Of a stretch of DNA of 64,000 nt, positions 29,872 to 38,010 are shown in pieces. The stretch covers positions 94,512 to 158,511 of the forward strand of contig SUUJ01000004.1 in NCBI GenBank assembly GCA_015062585.1, written 5' to 3'. Position 1 is the first letter of the stretch. Each line of letters starts with the position of its first letter. Position numbers and translations under genes: made by a program. The notes beneath the pieces are model-generated. The model saw only the letters and a program-made list of their open reading frames with translations. It was not told where the DNA came from and searched no databases. The DNA is from Alphaproteobacteria bacterium. Its GTDB lineage: Bacteria > Pseudomonadota > Alphaproteobacteria > RF32 > CAG-239.

Positions 29872-30597
29872 CTATTTTATTATTTCGACTGCCCTTTTAT
29901 ACCATTCGCTTTTGGGGTAGTTGTGCGCCAAAACATCTAATGATTCTTTGGCTTCTTTGTTCAAACCCAAAATTGTGTAAACTTCGACTTGGCGATATAA
30001 AGCTTCTTCGATTTGCGGAGTGGTTTGAAAATCTTTTACCACCGCAGCAAAGCGATTTAAGGCTGACAAATAGTTCTTTTCGTTTAAGTAATATCTGCCG
30101 ACTTCCATTTCGTGTCCGGCCATATGGTCGCGAATGAGTGCCATTTTACCGGAAGCGTCTTTGGCATATTTTGAGTCGGGAAAACGAACAATTACCTGAT
30201 TGAATGCTTCTTCGGCTTTTTGGGTGTTTTCTTGAGCTTTTTCAGAACCGACTATTTGGTCATAATAACACATGCCCTTCATATAATAGGCATAATCAAC
30301 ATCTTGGTTGCCGGGATGATAACGAATAAATCTGTCCAAACTTAAAATTGCATCATCATATTTTTCGTCTTTGTAATAAGCATAGGCGCTCATCAGCTTA
30401 GCCTTGGCGGCCAACTTAGAGTAAGGATGTTCCAACTCGATTTTTTCAAAAGTCTGAGCAGCTCTTTTCCAAGCGGTTTGCTCCATTTCGGCATAGGCCT
30501 GATTGTACAAATCTTCGGCGGTTTCGGTTTGTGTTTCGGTTGGAGCAGAAGCACAAGCAACAGTAAATAACAATAGTCCGAAAACAATCTTTTTCAT
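29872..30597 (-). CDS. bamD: Outer membrane assembly lipoprotein BamD
   Basis: Lipobox VTAC-like N-terminus, TPR, HPYS, YHPGN..YAYYMKG, HEMEVGRYY. Confidence 0.92.
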   Translation of the reverse strand: MKKIVFGLLLFTVACASAPTETQTETAEDLYNQAYAEMEQTAWKRAAQTFEKIELEHPYSKLAAKAKLMSAYAYYKDEKYDDAILSLDRFIRYHPGNQDVDYAYYMKGMCYYDQIVGSEKAQENTQKAEEAFNQVIVRFPDSKYAKDASGKMALIRDHMAGHEMEVGRYYLNEKNYLSALNRFAAVVKDFQTTPQIEEALYRQVEVYTILGLNKEAKESLDVLAHNYPKSEWYKRAVEIIK

Positions 30598-30602
30598 GAG
30601 CT

Positions 30603-31463
30603 TTATTCCTTTTCAATAATTTGATAATTGGTGGTATCAGCAAACAGTGCTTTTAGTATCAGGTTGTTGTGATAGTGACCGGTTTTATATGCTTTGAGCT
30701 TGCCCAAAACAGGAAGTCCGGCTGTATACATATCACCGATAGCGTCCAAAACTTTGTGATTTACACATTCATTTTTAACCTTAAATCCGCCGGGATTTAA
30801 GATAGTATCACCGTCCAAGACTACACCGTTTTCTAATGAACCGCCTTTGATTAAACCGATTGAGCGCAAATAATCGATTTGATATTTTTCGCAAAATGTA
30901 CGACATGGAGCGATTTCTTTTTTGAAAATTTCTTGATTGATAGGTCCGTCAAATTCTTGTCTGCCGACAATTTTTGATGGAAACTCTATTACAAAATTGA
31001 TATACAAATCATCTGCCGGTTCTAATGATACGGTGTTGCCTTTGTCGTCAGAAACTTCGACTTTTTTTAGTACTTTGATATATTTCTTGGAAGTATTTTG
31101 TTTTGTTACTCCGACTTCTTGCAATTTTTGTAAAAAGGTTTGAGCCGATCCGTCAATAATCGGCATTTCTAATGCGCTTACTTCAACAATAACATTGTCA
31201 ATTTGCATAATATAAAGTGCTGACATCAAATGTTCGATAGTAGATACCATATTTGATTTGTCATAACCTATGCAAGTGCAGTTTTTAGTATCGATAACAT
31301 TATCAAAAGTTGCTGTTATAGGTCTGGCGTTTTCAATATCTGATCTTACAAAAACTATGCCTGTGTTAACCTCGGCAGGTTTTAATATAAGCGTTGATGT
31401 TACGCCGGAGTGCAAACCCACACCTTCGATTTTTAGTTCTCTTGCTATTGTTTGTTGCATCAA
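30603..31463 (-). CDS. lpxC: UDP-3-O-acyl-GlcNAc deacetylase
   Basis: GVGLHSG, TIEHLMSA, PIIDGSA, RTF, HKVLDAIGD, GH. Confidence 0.95.
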   Translation of the reverse strand: MMQQTIARELKIEGVGLHSGVTSTLILKPAEVNTGIVFVRSDIENARPITATFDNVIDTKNCTCIGYDKSNMVSTIEHLMSALYIMQIDNVIVEVSALEMPIIDGSAQTFLQKLQEVGVTKQNTSKKYIKVLKKVEVSDDKGNTVSLEPADDLYINFVIEFPSKIVGRQEFDGPINQEIFKKEIAPCRTFCEKYQIDYLRSIGLIKGGSLENGVVLDGDTILNPGGFKVKNECVNHKVLDAIGDMYTAGLPVLGKLKAYKTGHYHNNLILKALFADTTNYQIIEKE

Positions 31464-31492
31464 ATAATCCTTTTTATCATTTTATACTAAAC

Positions 31493-31882
31493 AAGACAGC
31501 CTATAAGCCGGGTTCTGTACTTTTTATAAAAAAAGCGACAGTCATTCATCTTGGCTGATTATTACTAAACAGCTCGTCGCGACCTACCTCTGGAGTGGAT
31601 AGAGAACGATCCAAAACATCCGGTTTGTTGCAAAGCAACACCTGGAAGCTCCTAACTTGGTCTTGCATCCGATAGGGTTTACCTGGACCGGTTGTGTTAC
31701 CACCACCGCGGTGAGCTCTTACCTCGCCTTTTCAGCCTTACCGAACATATAGTTCGGCGGTATATCTCTGTGGCACTTTCCCTTGGGTTGCCCCAGCCGG
31801 ATGTTATCCGGTATCGTGTTCCCTTGATGCCCGGACTTTCCTCTTTACAGTCAAAGCCGTAAAGCGACTGTCCGGCTGTCTT
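31493..31882 (-). ncRNA. rnpB: RNase P RNA (type A)
   Basis: Minus strand GAGGAAAGTCCGGGC, AGTGCCACAG, CAGAACCCGGCTTATAG; terminal P1 helix AAGACAGCC/GGCTGTCTT. Confidence 0.97.
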
Positions 31883-31945
31883 ATTTAACAGATAGAATAG
31901 ACATATCCGTCAATGATTGCAAGAATTATGTTAGATTTTACCGAC

Positions 31946-31978
31946 AAAAAAACACTCCCCTTGCGAGGAGTGTCTTTC
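31946..31978 (-). terminator. Terminator after the 321-aa hypothetical gene
   Basis: ACACTCC..GGAGTGT stem with an A-run on the plus strand. Confidence 0.65.
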
Positions 31979-31989
31979 ACTAAAATTTT

Positions 31990-32955
31990 TTAGCACGCAA
32001 TAACCTCGAAAGGCATTGCAATCTGAACATAGGTTGTTTTTGGGATCGCCTCCAAGACCGAAGCAATTCCGCTCAACTCCCTCTCTTCCAACCATACCTT
32101 TGGCAACGGATTGGCAGGTTCAAATACCGCATCGATAAAGTGTGACCCCGGCGCTACATCATTACCATTGAAAACAGTATAGTTACATCCATACACGTCT
32201 TCCGGATCAGTGATGTTGATCATGGCACCGGCGAGGAACTCAAATGATCCCCAAAGAACACCGACAACATTTTCTCGTGTCCACGTCCACTCCTGAACGA
32301 TATTCTTGGGAACCCACTCTTCGATTCCGGTCTCATCACATGACTTAAGCTCATAATTTTGCTCAAGCTTTGCTACCTTCATCTTGTAGGTCTCACCGTG
32401 GAACTTGTTCTGAACGAGAACCATGCCTTCTTCAAGTATGGTGTCATGTTCGCGAACACCAAACACGATACTTTCTACTCGTTGTCCGACCTTAGCGTTG
32501 GTATCCACCAATATAGGCTCTACCTTATGAGCTTTACAGTATCCGTTAACTCGCTTGCAAACCTCTCCGTAATCTTTGAAGTTTACAAACATATAGCGAA
32601 CACCGAGTTCATTGGTAAGGTGAGTAGGAAACTCAACCTTTTGACCATTTACCCACGCCTCCGCTACATTTTTTCTTACGATAATGTAGCCGGCACCGAT
32701 TACCTTGGCTCTTTTTGCCACTTTACTTTCCGTTTCAGCCTGCGCAAGAAGGTATGTCTGACCGGCATCATCTGTGAATACCTGGTTAGGCACCCACACA
32801 GGGTAGCGTTTTACGGCTTTGCCGATTTTAACAACAACCATCTTTATGGATTTAGTTCCCGTTAACGGAGTAGCTACTCCATTTTGAACATTAAAAACCT
32901 GATTGTTGCTTACGATTCTTCCGTTGCGAGGAAGAGAAATAAATGTTGCATTCAT
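31990..32955 (-). CDS. Hypothetical protein, higher GC than neighbours; C-terminal half possibly PGDYG-like
   Basis: 321-aa ORF with its own promoter and terminator; two partly similar segments (GMVLVQNKFHGETY..KLEQNYE; GAMINITDPEDVYGC..F). Confidence 0.75.
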   Translation of the reverse strand: MNATFISLPRNGRIVSNNQVFNVQNGVATPLTGTKSIKMVVVKIGKAVKRYPVWVPNQVFTDDAGQTYLLAQAETESKVAKRAKVIGAGYIIVRKNVAEAWVNGQKVEFPTHLTNELGVRYMFVNFKDYGEVCKRVNGYCKAHKVEPILVDTNAKVGQRVESIVFGVREHDTILEEGMVLVQNKFHGETYKMKVAKLEQNYELKSCDETGIEEWVPKNIVQEWTWTRENVVGVLWGSFEFLAGAMINITDPEDVYGCNYTVFNGNDVAPGSHFIDAVFEPANPLPKVWLEERELSGIASVLEAIPKTTYVQIAMPFEVIAC

Positions 32956-33046
32956 TTTTAATAATTATTTGAGGCATTATACATTATTACTCCGCACATA
33001 GCCTCGGTTGTGACAGAATAATTTATTCATTTTTTTTAACAATTAT

Positions 33047-33075
33047 ATTATATCATATTTTCACCCCTGCTTCAA
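33047..33075 (-). promoter_or_regulatory. sigma70 promoter for the 321-aa gene
   Basis: Minus strand TTGAAG-17 bp-TATAAT with TG extension. Confidence 0.65.
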
Positions 33076-33205
33076 GATATAAACAGCATCAAAAAATTCA
33101 AAACAAATAATGCACATTTTTTTAAGTGTCGCAATGTCTTGCTATATATAGATTTTTAAAAATACGGCCAGAACATTATTAGAACAGTTAATAAAATACT
33201 AAAAT

Positions 33206-33242
33206 TTCCCATTGATTCCCATAAAATACCATGATATACCAT
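33206..33242. promoter_or_regulatory. MraZ operator: four repeats at 10-bp period
   Basis: TTCCCAT, TTCCCAT, ATACCAT, ATACCAT (reverse complement TGGG/TGGT) upstream of mraZ, matching the known TGGGN-type MraZ repeats. Confidence 0.7.
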
Positions 33243-33278
33243 TTAAAGTAAGCTTAAAACCAAATAAGGATTTAAAAA

Positions 33279-33749
33279 TTGCGTAAAACATTTTTATTTA
33301 TGGATACGGTGGTAAACAAGGTCGATGCTAAAGGCCGTGTTTCGTTGCCTGCCGATTATCGCGCAATTGTAAAATCCAAAGAATCTGAAATAGTTTGCTA
33401 TCGCAGTCTTACAGCGCCTTGCATTGAAGGTTGCTTGGAAGATTTGCTTGATAAATTGGCTTCCGAAATGGAAGATGCTTTAGACTTTTTCTCCGAAACT
33501 CAGGACGATTTGACCAATTTAGTGTTTGGTGACGCCAAACGCTTTTCATTCGATTCTACCGGTAGAATTATGTTGTCAGACAAACTGCTGGAACACGCAG
33601 GCATTACCGATACTGCCGTATTTGTCGGTAAAGGTCGCAAATTCCAAATTTGGAATCCTGAAAATTGGAAAAAAGAAGAGGCTCGTATTCGTGCCGAAGT
33701 TATGAAAAAACGCCCCTCTATCAGACCAAGCAATGAGGAGGCAAAATAA
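33279..33749 (+). CDS. mraZ: Transcriptional regulator MraZ
   Basis: Two DxxGR motifs (DAKGRVSLP, DSTGRIML), FVGKGRKFQIWNP; start may be TTG 33279 or ATG 33300. Confidence 0.93.
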   Translation: MRKTFLFMDTVVNKVDAKGRVSLPADYRAIVKSKESEIVCYRSLTAPCIEGCLEDLLDKLASEMEDALDFFSETQDDLTNLVFGDAKRFSFDSTGRIMLSDKLLEHAGITDTAVFVGKGRKFQIWNPENWKKEEARIRAEVMKKRPSIRPSNEEAK

Positions 33750-33751
33750 AA

Positions 33752-34669
33752 ATGGCAAATTATCAAATACATTATCCGGTTATGCTAAACGAGGTTTTGG
33801 AAAACCTTGATGTATCTGATAACAAAACTTATGTCGACGCAACCTTTGGAAACGGCGGATATTCTGAAGCCATATTAAACAAAGCAAATTGCAAAGTTAT
33901 TGCTTTGGATAGAGATAGTACCGTACTTCCCAGAGTTGAAGAATTAAAAAAACAATTTGGCGACCGTTTTGAATTTAGGCTCGGTTGCTTCGGAGACTTT
34001 GCCGAATTGGTAGAGGAAAATATTGATGGCGCGGTATTTGATATCGGTGTTTCATCAATGCAACTCGATCAAACCGAACGCGGATTCTCTTTTAGTAAAG
34101 ATGCGCCTTTAGATATGAGAATGTCGCAAACAGGTGTTTCTGCCAAAGATTTGGTAAACCAACTTTCAGAAACGGAATTGGCTGATATTTTATATAACTA
34201 CGGCGAAGAAAAAAAATCTCGTCAAATTGCCAAAAAAATTATTGAAGCTCGCAAGGTAAAACCTATTGAAACCACCGTCGAGCTGGCAAATATTATTTAT
34301 CAAATCAATAAACGCTCATTTAATCAAAATATTGATCCGGCAACCAGAAGCTTTCAGGCTTTGCGTATTGCCGTAAATGATGAATTGAACGAATTAAGTA
34401 AAGGTCTTTTGGGTGCAACTTCTCGTTTGAATAAAAACGGACGATTGGTTGTTGTTGATTTTCATTCTTTAGAAGATCGTATCGTAAAAACCTTTATGAA
34501 ATTAAACAGCAATAAGAAACAACATGTTTCTCGTTATCGCAAAGATGAAAACTCAAACTCTAACGCATTGTTTTCCTATGTGTCAAAGGCGATTGTACCA
34601 ACAGCTCAAGAATTAGAGCTTAACTCTCGCTCACGCTCGGCAAAACTGCGTTATGCAATTAGGAATTAA
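33752..34669 (+). CDS. rsmH: 16S rRNA m4C1402 methyltransferase
   Basis: HYPVML, DATFGNGG, DIGVSSMQLD, PLDMRM, FHSLEDR, RSRSAKLR. Confidence 0.96.
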   Translation: MANYQIHYPVMLNEVLENLDVSDNKTYVDATFGNGGYSEAILNKANCKVIALDRDSTVLPRVEELKKQFGDRFEFRLGCFGDFAELVEENIDGAVFDIGVSSMQLDQTERGFSFSKDAPLDMRMSQTGVSAKDLVNQLSETELADILYNYGEEKKSRQIAKKIIEARKVKPIETTVELANIIYQINKRSFNQNIDPATRSFQALRIAVNDELNELSKGLLGATSRLNKNGRLVVVDFHSLEDRIVKTFMKLNSNKKQHVSRYRKDENSNSNALFSYVSKAIVPTAQELELNSRSRSAKLRYAIRN

Positions 34670-34700
34670 CCCGCTTTTTATGCCCAGTAGGAGCTTAAAA

Positions 34701-35084
34701 ATGAATATAAATAAATTAGCAAAAAATGCCTTGTGCATGGTTCTTATTATTTTTTCAGTTACTGTTTCTACTCATATCAAAAACTCTGTTTATCGATTGG
34801 AAAATGAGTTGAAACAACTTGAGTTGCAAAATAAAGAGGATGCTCAAAATATCCATGTACTTAATGCCGAATGGTCAAATTTAAACAATCCGGCAAGGCT
34901 TCGTGCTTTGGCAAAAAAACATATTGCGCTAAAACCTGTAAAAGCTGAACAAATTATTAACTATTCTGCTTTACCATTTGAATATGAGGCAGGCGAGTCG
35001 CAACGCGATATAGCCCGCAAGCATATAGCTGTTATGGCTCAAAGTAATAAAAATTTGAAAAAAATGGCTAATGCAAGCAGATAA
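34701..35084 (+). CDS. ftsL: Cell division protein FtsL-like
   Basis: TM plus coiled coil, LNAEWSNLNNPARL; position between rsmH and ftsI; AGGAG RBS before 34701. Confidence 0.8.
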   Translation: MNINKLAKNALCMVLIIFSVTVSTHIKNSVYRLENELKQLELQNKEDAQNIHVLNAEWSNLNNPARLRALAKKHIALKPVKAEQIINYSALPFEYEAGESQRDIARKHIAVMAQSNKNLKKMANASR

Positions 35085-35116
35085 ATAATTGTTTTTTAGG
35101 TTGTCAGAAGCAAAAA

Positions 35117-36865
35117 ATGAGTATTTTTTCAGAAAAGAACAAAAAGAAAAATCGTAATTTATATATGCCCGGTGAAGAGATAAACATCGGCAAAAAAGAT
35201 ATGTTTGCCCAATGGGACAATGCCCAAAGTTTCGCTACTATCTGTAAAACAAGAATTATGTTCGGTATGGGTGTTTGTATTCTTGTTTTCTTTATTGTCG
35301 CTCTAAGGCTGTTTGGTATATGTGTTTTGCCAAATATGTACAAACCCCAAAATAATACTTATCATGAACAAGCAAAACCGATACATCGTACAAATATTGT
35401 TGATGTTAACGGCAATATTGTCGCGACATCTTTGCCTACCGTTGACCTGAATGTTAATGCAAAAAATATTTTATCACCAAGACAAACTTCTTTAGACTTG
35501 GTCAAAATTTTTTCTGATTTGGATTTCGACCGTGTCTATAAAATATTGAAAAAAGGACGAGGTAATTATCTGCTGAAAAAAGGTGTGACACCACACCAAC
35601 AGGCGTTAATTCTGAAATTGGGCGATCCCGGATTAGAATTTATAAATAATGAAAAACGCGTTTATCCTCACAAGGGACTGCTTTCGCATATTGTCGGTTT
35701 TACAAACATTGATAATCAGGGGCTATCAGGTATTGAAAAAGGAATGGAAGATATTATCGTTGAGACACAAATTCCTCTGCGCCTGACAATTGATATCGGA
35801 GTTCAAGATACTATACGCTCGATTTTGTATGCCAATGTGAAAAAATATAAAGCGGCAGGCGCTACTGCAATTTTGATGGATGTTAATAACGGCGAAATAA
35901 TATCTTCGGTCTCTTTGCCCGATTTTGATCCAAATAATATATCAAAACAAGATATTGCGGCACAATTTAACAAAGCCACATTCTATGTATATGAACCCGG
36001 CTCGGTATTAAAAATTTTTAATACGGCAATGGCTTTGGACGGTGGCAAAATCAGAATTTCCGAGAGTTTTGATGCGACAGAACCTCTAAAGCTAAAAGCT
36101 CATACCATCAGAGATTTTCATCCGGAAAATCGTTGGTTATCGGTTGAAGAAACTCTTGTTCATTCTTCAAATATTGCATCTGCTCGCATTGCCTTGAAAA
36201 GCGGTTTTAACGAACAGTATAATTTCTTAAAGAAAATTAAATTTATGGAAAAGCTTAAACTGGAAATAATTGAAACGGCAATGCCTTTGGTCCCTCCGGC
36301 AGATGATTGGGAAAAAATCGATTCCAAAATCGCAACTATCGGTTACGGATACGGAATATCGGTGACTCCGTTGCATATCATTTCAGCATACTCGGCAATG
36401 ATAAACGGCGGTATATATCATAATCCCAGTTTGGTAAAAAAAGCGGACAATTCTTCGGACGGTGTCAGAGTTATTTCTGATAATACTTCCAAACAAATGA
36501 GAAAATTGATGCGTGCCGTTGTGACTAAAGGTTCAGGTAAAAAAGCCAATATCTTGGGATATGATGTCGGCGGAAAAACCGGAACAGCTAACAAGCTTGT
36601 AGGCAACAGATATGACAGCAACAATGTGGTCACAACTTTTGTTTCGGCATTTCCGATATCCAATCCCCAATATGCTCTTTTAGTAATGATGGATAGTCCA
36701 AAAAGAACCAAAGAAACTTTTGGATTTAATACAGCCGGTTGGAATTCTGTACCGACAGCTGCTGAGATTATTGAAGCAGTTGCACCACAACTTAATGTTC
36801 AGGCTAATTATGATTTGGATGAAGTAATAAGCAATAAGATAATAGAAGCATCTTATGGCAGATAA
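35117..36865 (+). CDS. ftsI: Penicillin-binding protein 3 (class B transpeptidase)
   Basis: EPGSVLK (SxxK), HSSN (SxN), GKTGT; single N-terminal TM. Confidence 0.93.
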   Translation: MSIFSEKNKKKNRNLYMPGEEINIGKKDMFAQWDNAQSFATICKTRIMFGMGVCILVFFIVALRLFGICVLPNMYKPQNNTYHEQAKPIHRTNIVDVNGNIVATSLPTVDLNVNAKNILSPRQTSLDLVKIFSDLDFDRVYKILKKGRGNYLLKKGVTPHQQALILKLGDPGLEFINNEKRVYPHKGLLSHIVGFTNIDNQGLSGIEKGMEDIIVETQIPLRLTIDIGVQDTIRSILYANVKKYKAAGATAILMDVNNGEIISSVSLPDFDPNNISKQDIAAQFNKATFYVYEPGSVLKIFNTAMALDGGKIRISESFDATEPLKLKAHTIRDFHPENRWLSVEETLVHSSNIASARIALKSGFNEQYNFLKKIKFMEKLKLEIIETAMPLVPPADDWEKIDSKIATIGYGYGISVTPLHIISAYSAMINGGIYHNPSLVKKADNSSDGVRVISDNTSKQMRKLMRAVVTKGSGKKANILGYDVGGKTGTANKLVGNRYDSNNVVTTFVSAFPISNPQYALLVMMDSPKRTKETFGFNTAGWNSVPTAAEIIEAVAPQLNVQANYDLDEVISNKIIEASYGR

Positions 36866-36900
36866 AAAAATAACCCTGAATAAATCAGGGTTATTTTTTT
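36864..36900. terminator. Bidirectional intrinsic terminator
   Basis: A-run, TAACCCTGA-ATAAA-TCAGGGTTA, T-run. Confidence 0.8.
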
Positions 36901-36910
36901 ATCTATTAAC

Positions 36911-37915
36911 TTAGGCCTTAGCTTTCTTAGTTGTTTTTGTTGCCTTTTTAACAGTTTTCTTAGCAGTTGTCTTCTTAGCCGGTTTAGCTTTCTTTTCTGT
37001 TTTTTTGGCAACTGTTTTCTTAGCAGTTGTCTTCTTAGCCGGCTTGGCTTTCTTTTCTGCTTTTTTGGCAACTGTTTTTTTAGCAGTTGTCTTCTTAGCC
37101 GGTTTAGCTTTCTTTTCAGTCTTTTTGGCAACTGTTTTCTTAGCAGTTGTCTTTTTGGCCGGTTTAGCTTTCTTTTCAGTCTTTTTGGCAACTGTTTTCT
37201 TAGCAGTTGTCTTCTTAGCCGGTTTAGCTTTCTTTTCAGTCTTTTTGGCAACTGTTTTCTTAGCAGTTGTCTTCTTAGCCGGTTTAGCTTTCTTTTCAGT
37301 CTTTTTGGCAACTGTTTTTTTAGCAGCAGTTTTTTTAGTAGTCTTTTTAGCCTTAGCTTTCTTAACTTTTACCTTTTTCTCCGGTTTTGGCTTAGGTTGA
37401 GAAGCTACTAACGCTTTTTCAATATCAGCCTCACTACACAAACCGATAGTAACCGGATTCTTTGGTCTGATATTGGCAGCGTCCTTGTGAGTTCCTTCAC
37501 GAATAGCTTGAATTGTTGTTTTGGTTGTACCAATCAACTTGCATACCAAAGTATCTTTAATTTGCGGATAATTTTTCAAAATCCAAGCAATTGCATTTGG
37601 TTTGTCTTGGCGTTGTGACGGTGACAATATCTTTTTAGCCTTCAAATTGCGAGCTTTGACATTGCGTTCCATTTCAGAAGCTTGTAAATTGGCCTTTTTA
37701 TCGGCTTCGCAACGATGAATTTCATCCCAAGTCAATTGACCATTGTCAACCGGTGAAAGACCGCGTATATTTCCCGAAACATCGCCATCAGCCATAGCTT
37801 GAATTTCAAGTTCGTGTATTTCGCAAAAAACCGATATCTGACGGAATGTCAAAGTGGTGTTTTCTACCAACCACACAGCTGTTGCTTTGGGCATTAAAGG
37901 TGCTGTCATAACCAT
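36911..37915 (-). CDS. trcR: DUF1013/TrcR-family regulator with a Lys/Ala-rich histone-H1-like tail
   Basis: PLMPKATAVWLVENTTLTF, GQLT..EI.RCE, RQDKPNAIAW, PKNPVTIGLC; repeat tail. Confidence 0.8.
   Translation of the reverse strand: MVMTAPLMPKATAVWLVENTTLTFRQISVFCEIHELEIQAMADGDVSGNIRGLSPVDNGQLTWDEIHRCEADKKANLQASEMERNVKARNLKAKKILSPSQRQDKPNAIAWILKNYPQIKDTLVCKLIGTTKTTIQAIREGTHKDAANIRPKNPVTIGLCSEADIEKALVASQPKPKPEKKVKVKKAKAKKTTKKTAAKKTVAKKTEKKAKPAKKTTAKKTVAKKTEKKAKPAKKTTAKKTVAKKTEKKAKPAKKTTAKKTVAKKTEKKAKPAKKTTAKKTVAKKAEKKAKPAKKTTAKKTVAKKTEKKAKPAKKTTAKKTVKKATKTTKKAKA
36951..37330 (-). repeat. 60-bp coding tandem repeat, about 6 copies (KKTTAKKTVAKKTEKKAKPA)
   Basis: Positions 36961, 37021, 37081, 37141, 37201 and 37261 all start TAGCAGTTGT with a near-identical 60-mer. 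Confidence 0.97.
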
Positions 37916-38010
37916 ATCCTTTCCATAAAATAAATTATTCTTAAAAACTTTTGTTTAAGAATAGTTTTTTTATTTCAAATATACAAGTTTTTTTTGACGG
38001 TTTATATATG

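Noticed and set aside
32359-32865. 168-aa plus-strand ORF within the inserted gene
   Set aside because: No RBS or promoter; the minus strand has the promoter, terminator and longer frame
36951-37330. 60-bp periodic repeat as a possible CRISPR array
   Set aside because: No unique spacers; the period is a multiple of three and encodes the TrcR tail; no cas genes
36853-37400. ORFs 36853-37311 (-) and 37005-37400 (+)
   Set aside because: Alternative-frame and antisense products of the tandem repeat
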